A stretch of DNA of 63,972 nt, filler included, from Choristocarpus tenellus KU-1152 (GCA_964200185.2; 10 parts of 10 records of this genome joined end to end with filler, not necessarily neighbours in it); one strand, 5' to 3'. Counted from the first letter of the whole stretch, positions 13,832-27,600 are shown. Notes: generated by a model from the sequence alone, not told the origin. Numbers and translations are program-made.

Positions 13832-14650
13832 GGAGGACTAGATCCATGCGGAAATTCCTGTCCACTGCGAATGGGCTACCATCCTCCGTATTCCATCGAA
13901 TGTTGTTATTATGTCGCTGTTTCCCTCTACCTTACCATCATAGGTTTGAGACCCATCGGACAAATAAATGTCAGTTACGTTAATAATAAAAATATTAGAT
14001 TATTATATAATAGATTTAATCGCTGTTGTTCCCATCTCATAAACGTAATATTCAACATTATAAGTATTGCCCTAGAACGTTCGGCCCTATCTGAGCTCTT
14101 CGGATGTTGTTATCCATTTACTTCAATAATATTTTAATACATTGCTATGTCCGTTTTGCCCTATTACAAATCTATCGTGCATATTGTCCCCGTATCCATT
14201 CACTCTAGCTTTCCGTTGTCTACCACAAGGTTTGAGCGCCAAACCTGTTGCTAGTATTCCAATGTTTAGCAACCTTGGCTCTGAGACATCCACTCACTCT
14301 CTAACAAGCGTTTGAGCCCACTTGCTCCACAACTGCCGTTGTTTTCGCAAACAAACGCGGGAGTCTACTTGACCCACAGCATCTGCTGTCCAAGACCGTG
14401 TTGTCAAGGAAAACATTTGCAACCATTTGCTGTGCAAGGTCTGTTGTTCACATAATGTCGTGTTGGGTACTCCCGAGCATAATGCTTAAAAATATATATT
14501 GTGTAGAGCAAAGTGTTACGTTGTCCAATGTGTGTACCATTTAATATTTCGAAGTCAACTGCATATATGAAACATAGCACATTCGAGTTTGGACAACAAT
14601 ATTTCATTATCATTCTCGCATATACAACACACGTTTTGCAGGTATGATGG

Positions 14651-14882
14651 GAGCCAAAGTAAAGGAGAGGCACCCAGGGTTCCATTTTGTGAGGATACTG
14701 AAAAAGATGCAAAATTGTGTGTTTTGTACAAATGCGTATCTGGACCTTTTTGAAAATTCTGTCGATTTTTTTCAAACAAACCTAAGCACCTCATCCAAAA
14801 AAAGGAAGGGATGAACAGCAAAGAAAAATGACCTAAAATGCAAAACGATCTAAACCTGCATGCCTCTCGTTTACCTCGACTG
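14651..14882. mobile_element. MITE family C
   Basis: GAGCCAAAGTAAAGGAGAGGCA...TGCCTCTCGTTTACCTCGACT. Confidence 0.7.
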
Positions 14883-14934
14883 TAGGTGGTATTGTCACAG
14901 GGGATAAGAAGCAACAGCTCCTACTATGACCTAA

Positions 14935-15179
14935 GAACCAAAGTAAACGAGAGGTACTCGGGTTTTGGTCATTTTGCATTCTGTAATATTTCACATTTCA
15001 CACATATTTCTATGGACGAATTGCTCAGTTTGACATGAGAACGTTGATTTCCCTCTTATTTTATTTTTTTACCAAACTCATAAAATATCCTATACGCGTT
15101 TGTGAAAGTAGACGAATTTTGCACATATTTATCATCCTTATAATGCAACTCTGGGGGTACCTCTCGTTTACTTTTACTC
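14935..15179. mobile_element. MITE family C with CTAA target-site duplication
   Basis: CTAA|GAACCAAAGTAAACGAGAGGTAC...GTACCTCTCGTTTACTTTTACTC|CTAA. Confidence 0.85.
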
Positions 15180-16309
15180 CTAAGCAGTAACTATAGACTG
15201 CCACAGCATACGGCCTTTACGCATCTTACAGCACTTGTGCCTACACTTGACCTCTTTCTACACACTGGGTGGGAGAAAGAGGAGAATTAACCCAAGAGAC
15301 AAAAAACAATAATATTGAAAAGTCAAGTCTGCATTGTTGTTGACGACACAACCTGTCCAAACATTGTTGCTGTCATTGTTTCATCCACCACTTTACAACA
15401 ATATTACAAGGTGGATGAAATACCATGTTGTGAAAAAAGGAGGAACGTTTTCTACCAAAATTTGTCGTACCACAATACACATGATAAAAATACACTTGGC
15501 ATCACTACAACGATTACTGTCAAAATTAGGCCCGAGAGCGCAGCAACTGTCAGGGAGCCAAGTCATGTAGACTGACCATGTCGGAGTTGAATACGGAAAC
15601 CATGTGTCTCCAACCTCCAAATAAAGCTGCAGACCTAACCATCTGCATGTTGACCCAGAGCTACAAGTAGACTGATGAATTCGTTTAACTTGGACGAATC
15701 ATCAGCAATGAAACTGCTATAGCCACGGAGATCGGTGAAGGGGATAAAAAAGGCTTGCAGAAGTTTCCGCCAATACAACAAACTAGTACTTTATGACACG
15801 ACCCCAGGTTTTTCACTTGAGCTTACTACGATTCGAACGGGTTTGACAGCATGTGCTTCCAATGCAATGACCCTGTAGTTGCCATAGTCAATGCGGTCCT
15901 TCTTATGGTAGAGCACGGTGATAACCGTATCCTTCCAGACCTGTGGCACGAAATCCTGGTTCCATGCAGCAACGCAATATCGTTACAGCACGATCCAAAA
16001 GCTTACCTCCACGGGATGTATAGCTGCGATCCATAGGCCTATAGATGGCGCTGTCGCTCGTACAGGACTCTTAGGATACTCCGACAGTCGAAAGGTCCAA
16101 CGAGGGAAATGAATGCCATGTCAGCAGGTTAAGGTACTCTGTGTGGTCCTTAGTTACATTATTCACCGTTTATTTTGATTTTTGTTTACAGACGTTAAAA
16201 TACATCTGAAAACTGTTGGATACGTTCCTAACTGCAGAACAACAATACATAGGACCAGTTAAATCCCAGGTACGTAACTACGCAAGTGGCACTGTCTAGG
16301 CATGTCATA

Positions 16310-16560
16310 TGTTTTAAGCTGGAGTCACTAGGGAGATGGACACGGAGGGGTTTGTTGGATTCTTGGGATGCCTCCCTAGCTCCTCACCCTGGGGTACAGG
16401 AATAGGTAGACTGAAGGCAAAGGAAGGCAGTGGTACAACATAGTAGTGAAAAAACAAATATACTAGCGTTTTTCACATTTGTGACATTTTATTTCCTTAG
16501 GGCTTATATTGACATGTGAATAGTTTTCATTGGTTTCCCCCCTGATACATCTACAAAATG
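16310..16560 (+). repeat. second copy of the 3' non-coding region of the 13150-13831 element
   Basis: GATTCTTGGGATGCCTCCCTAGCTCCTCACCCTGGGGTACAGGAATAGG is the near reverse complement of 13346-13394. Confidence 0.7.
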
Positions 16561-18299
16561 TATAATAAATGTAGTGTAGTGTAGTATATACATAGAATAA
16601 CCAATACTACTGTGTTTGCGTAAAATGAAATTCATTCTGGTATTTTGTCGAACAGTGATAATAAAATCCACTGCGAAAATCAGTACGCTCAAAATATAAC
16701 TCGCTATATATCAAAAAGAAAAATTGAAAAAAACAAGAAACATCACCCGAAGGTGACGGACAAATTCAAACCATCTTCAACACGGTTAGTGGGCGCCCCC
16801 GTGACGAAAGAGCAGTCTGCCGTAGCCCGTGTTAGCTTCCGTCTATTTCGACCCTTCCCTGGACATTCCTCAGTGGATTGAGCGATGAATGTAGGTCTTT
16901 GCCCAAGTGGTGTCGACTTCTATCGCTCGCCCTGTCTGTTGCTAAAGCAAGTGGGGATCGAAGCAAAGGCTGGGGAACGGATGTGGCTGGTCGAACAGTT
17001 TTTGATGCATTGCCTTTTGGAATGAATGAGGTCTTTATTTCGCAGGAGGAACCAAAGCAGGTTGTTTGCTTACGGCAGCACAGACAGCGGGCGAGGAGTT
17101 ATGGGTTAAAATAGGTTGAAGCATCGGTGCGAGGGTTGCCAGTACACTGTTGGCAACCTCTTGGTGTGGCAGTGAAGTTCGGCTTGATATCTCATTGTGA
17201 GTGGACATCCTGTTCTGACGAGGTAGTCCTAGTTCCCGCCTAACGATTGGGGTTTCGTCTGAGGCAGCGAAAGGGTATGACATACTAGCAAACATAGCAC
17301 GCGCATCTGCCATAATACCCAACCATTGTGAGGCCTCTCCTTGTACAATGCAGCTTTTGTAGCACGTTGGTCGGCTGAAACAAATGCATATTGGTCACTT
17401 CGATTGGATAATTCCTATATCTTAGGAGATATCAGACGTTTGAGTGTTGTTCGAGGAGTCATACCAAAGCCATAATTCTTTTCACTTGTCACACTTGAAA
17501 CGAGAAATTTCGTAACATTTGATAAAACGAAAACACTATTGGGACAACACAGTGTGATAGATAAGGCTTTCTGATAGTGAATTCACTAATATTTTCAGAG
17601 TGTTTGCACAAACACTGCTATATACTATAGAATAGTAAGGAGGTTATCAAGTCTTTATGACTATATTTTTATTTTCATCTTTTCTTTTTCTTATACAAAA
17701 AAAGTTTGTTTCTGAAGGAAGATACATTAAATTATTTGGTATGTATGTGAGGTTTCTTAAACACTTGCAAATTCTATGATGTCATCTACCATCAGACTTA
17801 ACGTGGAGAACAATAACATACCATATATTATACTGTAGTATATTTATAGTATAAAAAACTACTATAATTATGAGTACCACTAGTTTTAATTATGTTCGTC
17901 AGAACATATAATAATACATTTTCCCCCTGACACATCTGCAAAATGTCAGAGGGCATAATAATATAATATAATAATACATGTGGAAAGCATGTTTGTCTGT
18001 TGTTATTATATCGTTATTGCCATATGCCATATACCACTATACCGGTGTAACGATTGAGGTTCCCAGTCAAGCGTCCATGATTTCACTGACAGACTTTCTG
18101 TCAGAATGAAACCATGGAATCTCTTCATGTATGTGACCAATCCCATAAACTTGGCTTGGGACAGCTCGTCATTCAGAGTTGTCACACATGGAAGATCCAC
18201 TTTGCTCTCACGTCTTGACTGATGATGAAGCCCCACCTTTGATGATGTCCATCACTCCTCAATCTGCCACTTGTCCAACCTTAACCTCGTATCCTTAGT

Positions 18300-18400
18300 T
18301 ACGGTTGGTCGTTGTTCGTTTGGTCCATCTTGCCCGGTGATTCTCTTCACCACCCTTGCCTGAGTGAACCACGCCACCACAGAATCACACGATTCACATT
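18300..18400 (-). repeat. repeat family E (also 22717-22776 + and 49025-49103 +)
   Basis: GAATCG(T/C)GTGATTCTGTGG(T/C)GGCGTGGTTCACTCAGGCAAGGGTGG(T/C)GAAGAGAATCAC in three contigs. Confidence 0.8.
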
Positions 18401-19388
18401 GGCGACACCGGTAAGATTCAATCTCGCGCATGCGAAGCACACAAACTTAGAAACACACTTATGTAATGTTGACAATAAGAATTGATACCATTATTCCACC
18501 ATATTATATACTATATAATAGTAGTGTATACTGTTGGCAGTCGCCTCCTCCATCAACTTTGTCGTGCCATAACTTTTGATCAGCATTTTCATCAACGAAA
18601 ATTCGTTTGTTGTAATCGCATCGGCATGCTTAACCTTACTTGATGGGTCTCGTTTGGCCAACTTACAGTAATCGTGAGAAATACAGGACCATACTTAAAT
18701 CAAGTAGTCCGCGTGCACTGTTCGCACGGGGGGTGCCACGTGGCGCGCGCGAACCTTGCATTCAAGGGTGATTTTGACGCCTGAAGAGGTCATCTTCACC
18801 AGNNNNNNNNNNNNNNNNNNNNNNNNNNNNNNNNNNNNNNNNNNNNTTAATTAATTAANNNNNNNNNNNNNNNNNNNNNNNNNNNNNNNNNNNNNNNNNN
18901 NNGTGAAAAACGGACGCCGACACCCCCTCCCCAAGATACTTTGACCCTTCAGGATGATGGTATTGATCGGTACAATAAATGTATACCTTGTTCTTAGGCG
19001 TCCCTCATCATCACCATCTAAGGTTGTATCCGTTGGGAGGATGTCCATTGGGGGGAGGGTCTCGATCTCACTCATCATCTGCACTTTTGACCTCTAGATC
19101 AGTCTACCAATAGTGTATGCAAAATTGATTTTCACCCTTATCACACACAAAGCGGTTCACAATTAAGCCATGAACCTTTCTGCAATTGTGTAAAATTGCG
19201 TCTTTTTGCCCTTTCTCAGGATCCTTATAAAGCAATCTTGCCCACCTCTTAGTTGGTTTGGCTCAGAAAGTGTGTAAGACGTTGAAGGTTAAGTTATATG
19301 CAAATTTAGTTAGGTAGTACTCACTCTATCTAATCCTCCGTTGACTCTTCTTAGTTTGAGAAAGGCATGTATAATTGGAAAGTATTTT

Positions 19389-19649
19389 GGAACAAAGTAT
19401 CTTAGAGGGTAGGGCCGCGTCCATTTTGGGGCCAAACCCCAATGTTGCGATTTTGATGTCATTTTGGCTATCATGTTTGTTAGGAAGTGTCAATATTCAT
19501 GTTCTGGATACACCTTTTCACAACGTATACATTTTACCCACTCTGAAATATTTTGGAGTAGGAAAATGTCATAAACTCAAAACCATGGGACGCCAAGCCC
19601 CAAATGGACAAACAGGGCAAAATTCCTACCCTCTAAGATACTTTCACTC
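19389..19649 (+). mobile_element. MITE family A
   Basis: AAAGTATCTTAGAGGG...CCCTCTAAGATACTTTCACTC. Confidence 0.85.
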
Positions 19650-19669
19650 CTTACATCATTCCAGAACAC

Positions 19670-20340
19670 GTTATTAGTGAGTAGGTGGTCAGTTTTGTTA
19701 CGTACACTCATTATGGACACGAATTATCTAAAGCAATATAACCTTATCGACTGTACAACTGAGTGGCAATCTCGTACACTCGATATCGATCTAGAAAGAG
19801 CTACTTTCGAGACGTTCTTGTCATGTGTACACAAATTGTGGACGATCAACATAGTTTTTGTTGTTGAAGGGATCAGACAGTACAGGAGTAGTAGTATCAA
19901 CACGCTCCGAAATATACGTCTTGTCAATACGGTCATAATGCCTACCATAAGCGATTTCTTCGGGACGACCAAAAATCGCTATCGGCACAGTGTGCAGATC
20001 ACTTTGTGATTTAACACAACGATTGAACTATACCATCTGGGCTTCAACAGCCCGTCATGACATGAGAAGCGATCCAATAAGTTGGAATACAATGATTATT
20101 TGCACATCTATGTAGTACAAGACAGCATCGACGATTGAGGAAGGGTATGTATCAAATCCTGTTTCCATTTTGGTTCATGCTCAAGTTGTATTTGATGAAG
20201 TACTGGTATTGAAATGTCCAACGATAGTAACCACTCCTCACTTCTGATTCGTCTTATTGGAAGATATCCATACATCGATTTCACAGATCCGAGGGTTGAT
20301 TTCGTTTTATATCAAGTGTACAATTTGGCTTTGCCCACAA
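19670..20340 (-). mobile_element. highly degenerate copia-like RT/RNase H remnant
   Basis: Minus-strand fragments KSMYG and FQLIGSLL resemble the copia KSLYGL and Y..LVGSLLY motifs. Heavily decayed. Confidence 0.4.
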
Positions 20341-20409
20341 CTTTTGGATTACTTTATTTTTTCTTTGTTTGCATTCCACCTATGCTATCCCTCCATTGTA
20401 ATACCACTT

Positions 20410-20570
20410 ATGACCAACCAGTGCAGCCCCTCCGTCACTGACTTCCAGCCACGAACCTATCCCGTGACCAACCGGTGCAAATCCCTTTCGCCACTGATTT
20501 CCAGTTACCAATCATATCCGATGACCAACCAGTGTGAACCCCCTTCATCACTGATTTCCTGTCACCACGA
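20410..20570. repeat. ~55-bp tandem repeat x3, followed by a CCA-rich low-complexity tract to ~20780
   Basis: (A/G)TGACCAACC(A/G)GTG...CACTGA(C/T)TTCC recurs at ~20410, ~20464 and ~20521. Confidence 0.75.
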
Positions 20571-21149
20571 CTTACCACTCCACCCCATCATTCACCCCAC
20601 TCCACCCCACACAGCTTTATACTCCACCCCACCATTCAACCCCCTCAACCCCACACCACTTTCTTCCAATTTCCACTCCACACCACTATTCAACACCTCT
20701 CCACACCACAACATCCTCCACCACTTTCCACTCCACCACACCATTCAACACCACTCAACACCACTCCACAATCATCCAAGAACATCCCTTCATTATCCAT
20801 TCCAATACTTTGCCTTTGAACTAGAAGACATATACCCCACCCAAACTTGACATCCCCCCCCCTGTTCCCGAACATCTCACAGTTGGTCGCAAGCAATCGA
20901 AAGGGTGGGTAGTTGGGAAAGATTGCTCGGAGGTTGCCTTGTTCTAGCCCTGCTTGTCCTGTCCCATCAACCTCAAGTTTTCCCTATATTCTGATCCATC
21001 CCTTCAAACTTCATGCTTCCACCTAAAGTGGTACCAATAGCTTCGGCAATCTTGCCTTTTTTTTGCTGCATTACCCACAATAATTATATAACATTATATA
21101 TATCAAATGAAAGCTTATGACAAGAACTTTAGAAGATTTGTATTCATGA

Positions 21150-22677
21150 ATGTACAAACTGTGGTGAACAGGAGGTATGCCTCGATCAAATAATGACAAA
21201 AAACGCGGGGGAACATCTCGGGCGCAATTTTGATGGTCACAACTCTAAAAAGGTACAAAAATTAAGTGGTTGGCTGAACTCCCCACAAAAAACTGCTTCG
21301 GATTCACCCAAGTATGACCGCTGTGATAATACCAAAAAAAAAGAGCAAGATTTGCAGACATCTTTTTTGCGCTATTTGCAGGCAGGCTGTGGGCGCATAC
21401 ACGGGTGGGCCACATAGCAACATGAACCACGGCGGTGAGACAAGGAGACCCGCCGAGGTCACTCTGCCCTCTAGATCTACCCTCAGCACCTTCTCTGTCG
21501 AGAGGCAACAGAAAAACAAGTACCGTGTGACATTCAGTGCGATGTTAGGTGACGAGTACGTGCGGTACTGTGGCGCAGCAGCAAGATCAAATCGCTGAAT
21601 TGATCACGTAGCCACGACGCTGACGCTGAGAGAAGATGCATTGAAAGCATTACTACACAAATGTGGTTGGATCTTCAACCGATTACAGAGCGCTGCTCCA
21701 CAGTCACTGCCACCTCAGGAAGCAGCAGGAAGAGAGTGGCGAGTCCATCACAAGTTGGTACTGGGACGAAGTCTGTGGGGAAGCCTGGTCACGGCAGGCG
21801 AAGGGAGAACCAGGGTGGCCAGTCGAAGGGAAGGTTGGGGAGGAGAGCAGTACGACTGCATGCCATTGCGCTCAGGAAATGCCCAAGAGAAAACCTGGGT
21901 GTAGAATATCTTAGTATTCGACGGTTAACCGTTCCAGCAGGTCCTGGCTGTTTGAAAGCTGTACGACCCGGAGTGGCTTAAGGAAACGAGGAAGAAAGTG
22001 TTAGGGTTGGGGTACAAGGACTCTGAAGCCCGAAAGAAGGTCGAAAGTGCTCGCAAGGCGGAGGAGAAAGCGATCCTAACAAAGGCAGCTGCAGAGACTT
22101 TTCGATACCACCAAATCCTTTACTTCGAAGAGGTCGCGAAGCAGGTGGAGGTAGCCATCAACGAGGACTCCAGGGAAGAAGAGGAGGTCAAATTGAGACA
22201 ATCTGCACACCGGTGGTTTGGTGTCTCCCACTTCTTGCAAGATGCCGTACATTCACTCTTGTTCCTTGGACTTAGGGTTGGACGTATGAAGTTGATTAAG
22301 GCTTCCTCCCCACCTGCATTCATTCGAGAAATCAACACAATTTTGGATCAACTCAAGTTGGTCCTCCCTCGCACTTTTACCTTGATGATAAGATATCACC
22401 TGCCCAGGAAACATGGACGACGCCCATTTTCGGCGTTCAACGAGGAAAGTTGATAGTAGCGGCTTTAACACTGTGAATCCTGTCCCTGTGTACGAACGAC
22501 AGGAAAGACCGTCAAACGGTGCTCGAGATGGCAGCAGGATATGCGATGGTCACAGCGGAAACTGTGAGTAAATGGGAGAGAGACTTCCTCACTGAGGGTA
22601 ACATCAAGGTGTTGGAGCAAGGGCGCTACAAGAGGCGTTTCGTTCTGCGCTTCGACAAGGACATCCTTGTCGAGTTA
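21150..22677 (+). mobile_element. repeat family D, copy 2 (IS630/Tc1/mariner-like N-terminal HTH region, degenerate)
   Basis: ORFs 21998..22453 and 22519..22704 (LEMAAGY..AETVSKWERDFLTEGNIKV.EQGRY). Colinear with the other two copies. Confidence 0.7.
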
Positions 22678-22884
22678 CACTTGCATTTAGCATTTATTTT
22701 GTAATTGCTCGTTTTGTGAATCGTGTGATTCTGTGGCGGCGTGGTTCACTCAGGCAAGGGTGGCGAAGAGAATCACNNNNNNNNNNNNNNNNNNNNNNNN
22801 NNNNNNNNNNNNNNNNNNNNTTAATTAATTAANNNNNNNNNNNNNNNNNNNNNNNNNNNNNNNNNNNNNNNNNNNNAAGATAGG

Positions 22885-23055
22885 GCGCAAGGTTATCTAG
22901 GGGGGGGGGTGGCTGTCCATTCGGGGCCCCTTTTTCCATATCGCGATTTTTGTGTGATTTGGTTGCGTTGGATAGATAATGTAAGTGCACTTCTCCTGGT
23001 CAGGCCCCGAATGGACACCCTGGTGTCGACCCCCCCCCCCCAGATACTTTGAGCC
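22885..23055. mobile_element. MITE family B (G-run TIRs)
   Basis: ATCT(A/G)G(n)...C(n)AGATACTTTGAGCC. Other full or partial copies at 18903-18947, 31039-31219, 31320-31394, 31449-31635, 49204-49256, 53694-53858 and 58190-58218. Confidence 0.7.
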
Positions 23056-24681
23056 TTCAGAGTGATTAATCTCAAGGAGGCAGGCAGGTAGTACAAATAC
23101 TGCCTTGCAAATAATATAATAATCTTCTTTTATCCATCTGTTGAATACGATAGAACTACCTCCTTGAGATGAATCGCTTTGCAACATTTGGCAACATCCC
23201 TGTGTTTATCAATCCCATCTTTACATGAGGCAGGCGATACTTCAACACTACTAGGGATCTGTAAAATAAATAGAGGAGACTATTGGAACACAACCCACTT
23301 TGTCTACTGGTTGGGTGAAATCCCACCCAACTGTCAGGTGGATGAGGCCTTCAGGTCATAACACTCTATCCATCGCCTCGTTGAAGCACGGACTGAAGTA
23401 CAAATTCCGCAGTGTCGCTTTCCACCAAATATTTTATTAGCTTGTCTTCCACCAATTACAATTGCCCCAGTTCCCAAGTCAGCTCAAAGAAGTGTGGATT
23501 CAGCACATGTGAATCACGATCATGCATCCTAACCTCATGAAGTGCATTGCCTTGCAGATGTCAGAGTGATGCAGCATTTGATGCAGTCAAGTGGAAAGAT
23601 ACTTCACACTGGCATTCTAGGCATGCAGTCAACCACGTCAAATTGATCCCGTCAAAATGCTTGGTCCTAAGCCACCCAAACACAAGTACTACACTAATCA
23701 CGTTGACAAACTGATCTTGATATATTTTTGAGGATCGTGCTGTACCCTTACAGGTGTCGCAAAGGGTATCGGGGATCACAGGCTAAATGGAAACTTTCAA
23801 GTTGTTTTGAGGTAAACTGGGGGGAATGCACGACAGTTTGGCGAACAGGACTGGGGTGGAGGGTAAACTCGCCATGAGATTAAAAGGAAGGAAAGTCTCC
23901 CCAGTATCAGTACTCATTGAGAAGCCCAGTCAGGAATAAGACCCGGTCCTTGGTTGGCATTCAGTCTGTTTTCCCTTCAGAGGAAAGTGGGGTAAGATTG
24001 ATGACACCACCCGATGAAGTAAGTGATTCATCTCCCAACATTTATGACCGCGCGGATTGTACTAACACGCGGTGTTGGATATTCAAAATTTCATGTGTTA
24101 CCCATACTACAAAAGCTAGACATCAGGTATACGTCCGCATAACTTGCTTACTGCACCTACTCTTGTAGTGTTTGTACTCCTCTAAAATAGAAAACGCTAT
24201 GGATTGGGGCTTCAAATTGGTGACTTCGATGCAAATTTTATCTCTGGTCAGGGCTTCCACCTGGAAGTCTAAGGCTGCTTTCCAGAGTACACTCTTGAAT
24301 CCGAAAAGTGCAGGTCTCTCCTCTCATTTTGATGAATTCAAGACTCGACGTGTGCTTTCTTGTACTGTCAACGGATGTAGTTAAATGCACCTATTACAAG
24401 TATTGGCCCTTAACTGATGTGTCAATTGAACAGGAGACAATCGCATCAATTAAAGTTGTGGTTGCATAAACTACCCATTCAGGGTAATTGGCCAACTCAG
24501 TGTTCTCCAATAAGAGCGGTCACCCTCCATTGATATAAGAGTCTCAATCGACTTGGAATTCACAAGGTACTCGTCTTTTCCCTTTGACCAACACGTTCCA
24601 GCGATCTTTCGGTCGAGGATCTCAGCAGGACTCTGGACCTCGCCATCACGTGGAGGGCTTCGTGCCTTTGACACCCTATCA

Positions 24682-27600
24682 ATGTCTGCAAGGATGCCAA
24701 GCGAGGGGTACGAGGTAGCAAAGGGACTCTGCGCCGATGTTATCCCAGGTGATCATTCCAACTCTTGATCCAACAAGTTGATTCTCCCGACAGGTTTGAT
24801 TGTTGGATTTCCCTGCATGTGACCAAAAATGTAAGACTTGTATTTTGCTAACCTTACGACCCGCATAGTAGGAAGAACCAACCCCTTCCGCTTCTTGGCC
24901 CACCACTACCCCTTGCCCATACAATACACCCTTGCCCATGCACCCCCACCAAAATAGTGCCCGTCCTAAACGACAACTACGCGTACCTGCTTGTGGACCG
25001 GGAATCGAGGATGGCAGCATGCATCGATCCCGCTGAGCCAGAAAAGGTGCTATTTCCTACCAGACCTAAGTTCTCCTACAGTAAATGTTCTAGACGTTGC
25101 AAGAGCTTGGCTTAATGAAAGCAGTATCCGTTGTGTCCCAGCCCCCAATTCCACATAACCACCAAAGTGCATGCGACTTGATGTGTTGTTACAAGCAGGT
25201 GATAAAAGCTGCTAAGGACCACAACGTGACAATTTCGGCTCTCTTGTGCACGCATAAGCACTGGGATCATTCTGGCGGAAATGAAGCCATGAAGAAAATG
25301 GTACTGGGCAGTGGCTAGTTTCCCAGAAGAGGAATACCCTTAGGGAAAGGGATAGGTTAATGAACTTCCAATGCTCAAATGTGCTTCCAAAGCTTTTGAT
25401 AGGCGCTGAGTCAAGTTCAACACAACTTCCATTGTAGGAATCCAATGTGTGTTATATCAAGAGTCCTGTATGTGTAGTTGTATGTATTGTGATTGCGTTT
25501 CTCTTGGCTGAGAAAATCGCGATGCCACTAATAGCTCTCTTTGCAGATATTTATTTTTGTCCTGGTACGTACTTGTATCCATCAATCAACACTTTCAATT
25601 ACAGTTGCCCACACACAAGGCAGGGACAAACAGATAAGATATTGAGATTGTATTGCTTATACCTCAGCATAACACATTGATCTCCTTATTATACAGATTC
25701 CCAACCTGGAGGTTGTGAGCTCGGCATATGAGGACGATGTCCCTGCGGTGCGTGGTATAGGTCCCTTGATAGGATCGAGGAAAGCTTGGTGGGATGACAC
25801 AGGTTGATCACATGGAGTAGACCTCTGTGTCGAGCCATATATACACCTCTTAATGTGGGTGTGTTTGTGTTCTTCAAGTATGTATATGACCCAGTGCATA
25901 TGAGGCTGCCATAGAGTCTGAAATTTCCCTTTTATTTTGATGGTATCTACTTGTACCCTTGCTATTGCAAAACAGATGCCTAAATTGTTCTCTAGGACGA
26001 GCAGGACCTATTATTGCTGAGAATCTAGCACACTCCCCCATTCCCTCCCATCAAACTTAACCTCCTATAATCATTACCTTTCGTCTTGTGGACCTTCAGA
26101 TGACTCTCGCCCTTAAAGACCAAGAATGCTTTACCCTGGGCTCTCTATCGGTGAAGGCGCTACACACGCCTTGCCATACAAGAGGACACATTATCTTCTT
26201 TGTCTCAGATACTAAGATGGGATGTAAGGATGGAGGTGCACCAGTGCTGTTCTCTGGCGATACCTTATTTATAGGGGGCTGTGGACGATTCTTTGAAGGG
26301 GATGCAAGTCAAAGTGAGTTTTGGTGCCGCTTCTTGATTGGTCCTGAGCCAGACAGGAAGCAGAGAGGAAAAAGGGAATGTTTTGTGAGGGCTACTTTGT
26401 TGGTATGGTAACTAACCAAATTTGCGCAGGCTTCAGAAACTAAGAGTGTAGAAGAGTAAAGATAAATCTTCAAAGTGTTTTCTCTTTGCAAATGGTCACA
26501 ACCTCAGCACAGGTGTCTAACAGAACGAACAGCATTTCTGACCTGCACACCCCATGGGCTCTGTGTGCCCCTCTATCCCCATTTAAGTTTGTCATGTCTT
26601 GTCCCAGCCCTTTTGCACCACCTACTCAAAGCATGCCGACTCCCTCTATGTTTTCCTACATACTCTACTTCACACGTGCTACTACTTCAATGTCCTTCAA
26701 GACGGTAATGGCAGGGTCCTCCATTTTTTTGGTCACGAATGCTTCAACTTTTTTTCTTTTTTTTTTCTGCGGTGTTGTGCAGTAACTAACTAGCCCCATC
26801 CATCCACCAACCCTTTGATCATCGGTACTGTTTGTCAGCCCGAGCTCCTCACACCCCACTATCCCCCCTTGTACTATACTGTTGACAGTGGCACATGCTC
26901 TCCAGGATGTTGTGGGGAGTCTTCCAGGAGAGACTAGGGTATTCTGCGGGCATGAGTACACTGTGAGCAACCTTCAGTTCGCTGCTTCAGTGGAACCAGA
27001 GAATGCTGATGTGGCGAAGAAGTTGGCGTGGTCCAGGGAGATACTCCGCACAGGGGGTTTCACTGTACCATCCACGGTAAGTTGACATATTGGTCTGTAG
27101 AAGTGGGGGGAAGGGGGAAGGAAGGGGGAGCTGCTGGCATTTTCAGGTGAATACTGTTTGAAAGGTGCGGGGTGGGGTATCCTAGCTGTACAAGGAGTTA
27201 GATGCTGTTAGGGATGTCATGGGTAGATGGATGTCAAGTGCACCACATTGGGTAGTGTTGTGAATCGTAGGTATCCAATTTGGTACATTTCATTTATACC
27301 GTAATTGATTTTTTTTTATATTTCGAGCAAATGCCTGCTACGCACTATCCTAAAGATCGGCAACTCTCTTGACTCAATCCATGCGTCACATGCACGATTT
27401 GAGCTAATTTAACTTACCCCACATGTGCTATCAATTTACAGCGCTTGCATTTGTTTTGTGTGACTCAGGCAGGGCCAGCTTACGAAACAAAATCGATCCC
27501 CAGGCTAGAAAGCAGTTGATACATTTATTTCTTGAGCATATCAAACCAATGGTGATATTGAACTGCACCAATGTGCATTTGCTTTTTTGGGTTTTGCTAG

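Noticed and set aside
19375-19677. Short ORFs such as SILEGRAASI.. recurring across the window
   Set aside because: Chance translations of MITE A, not a protein family.
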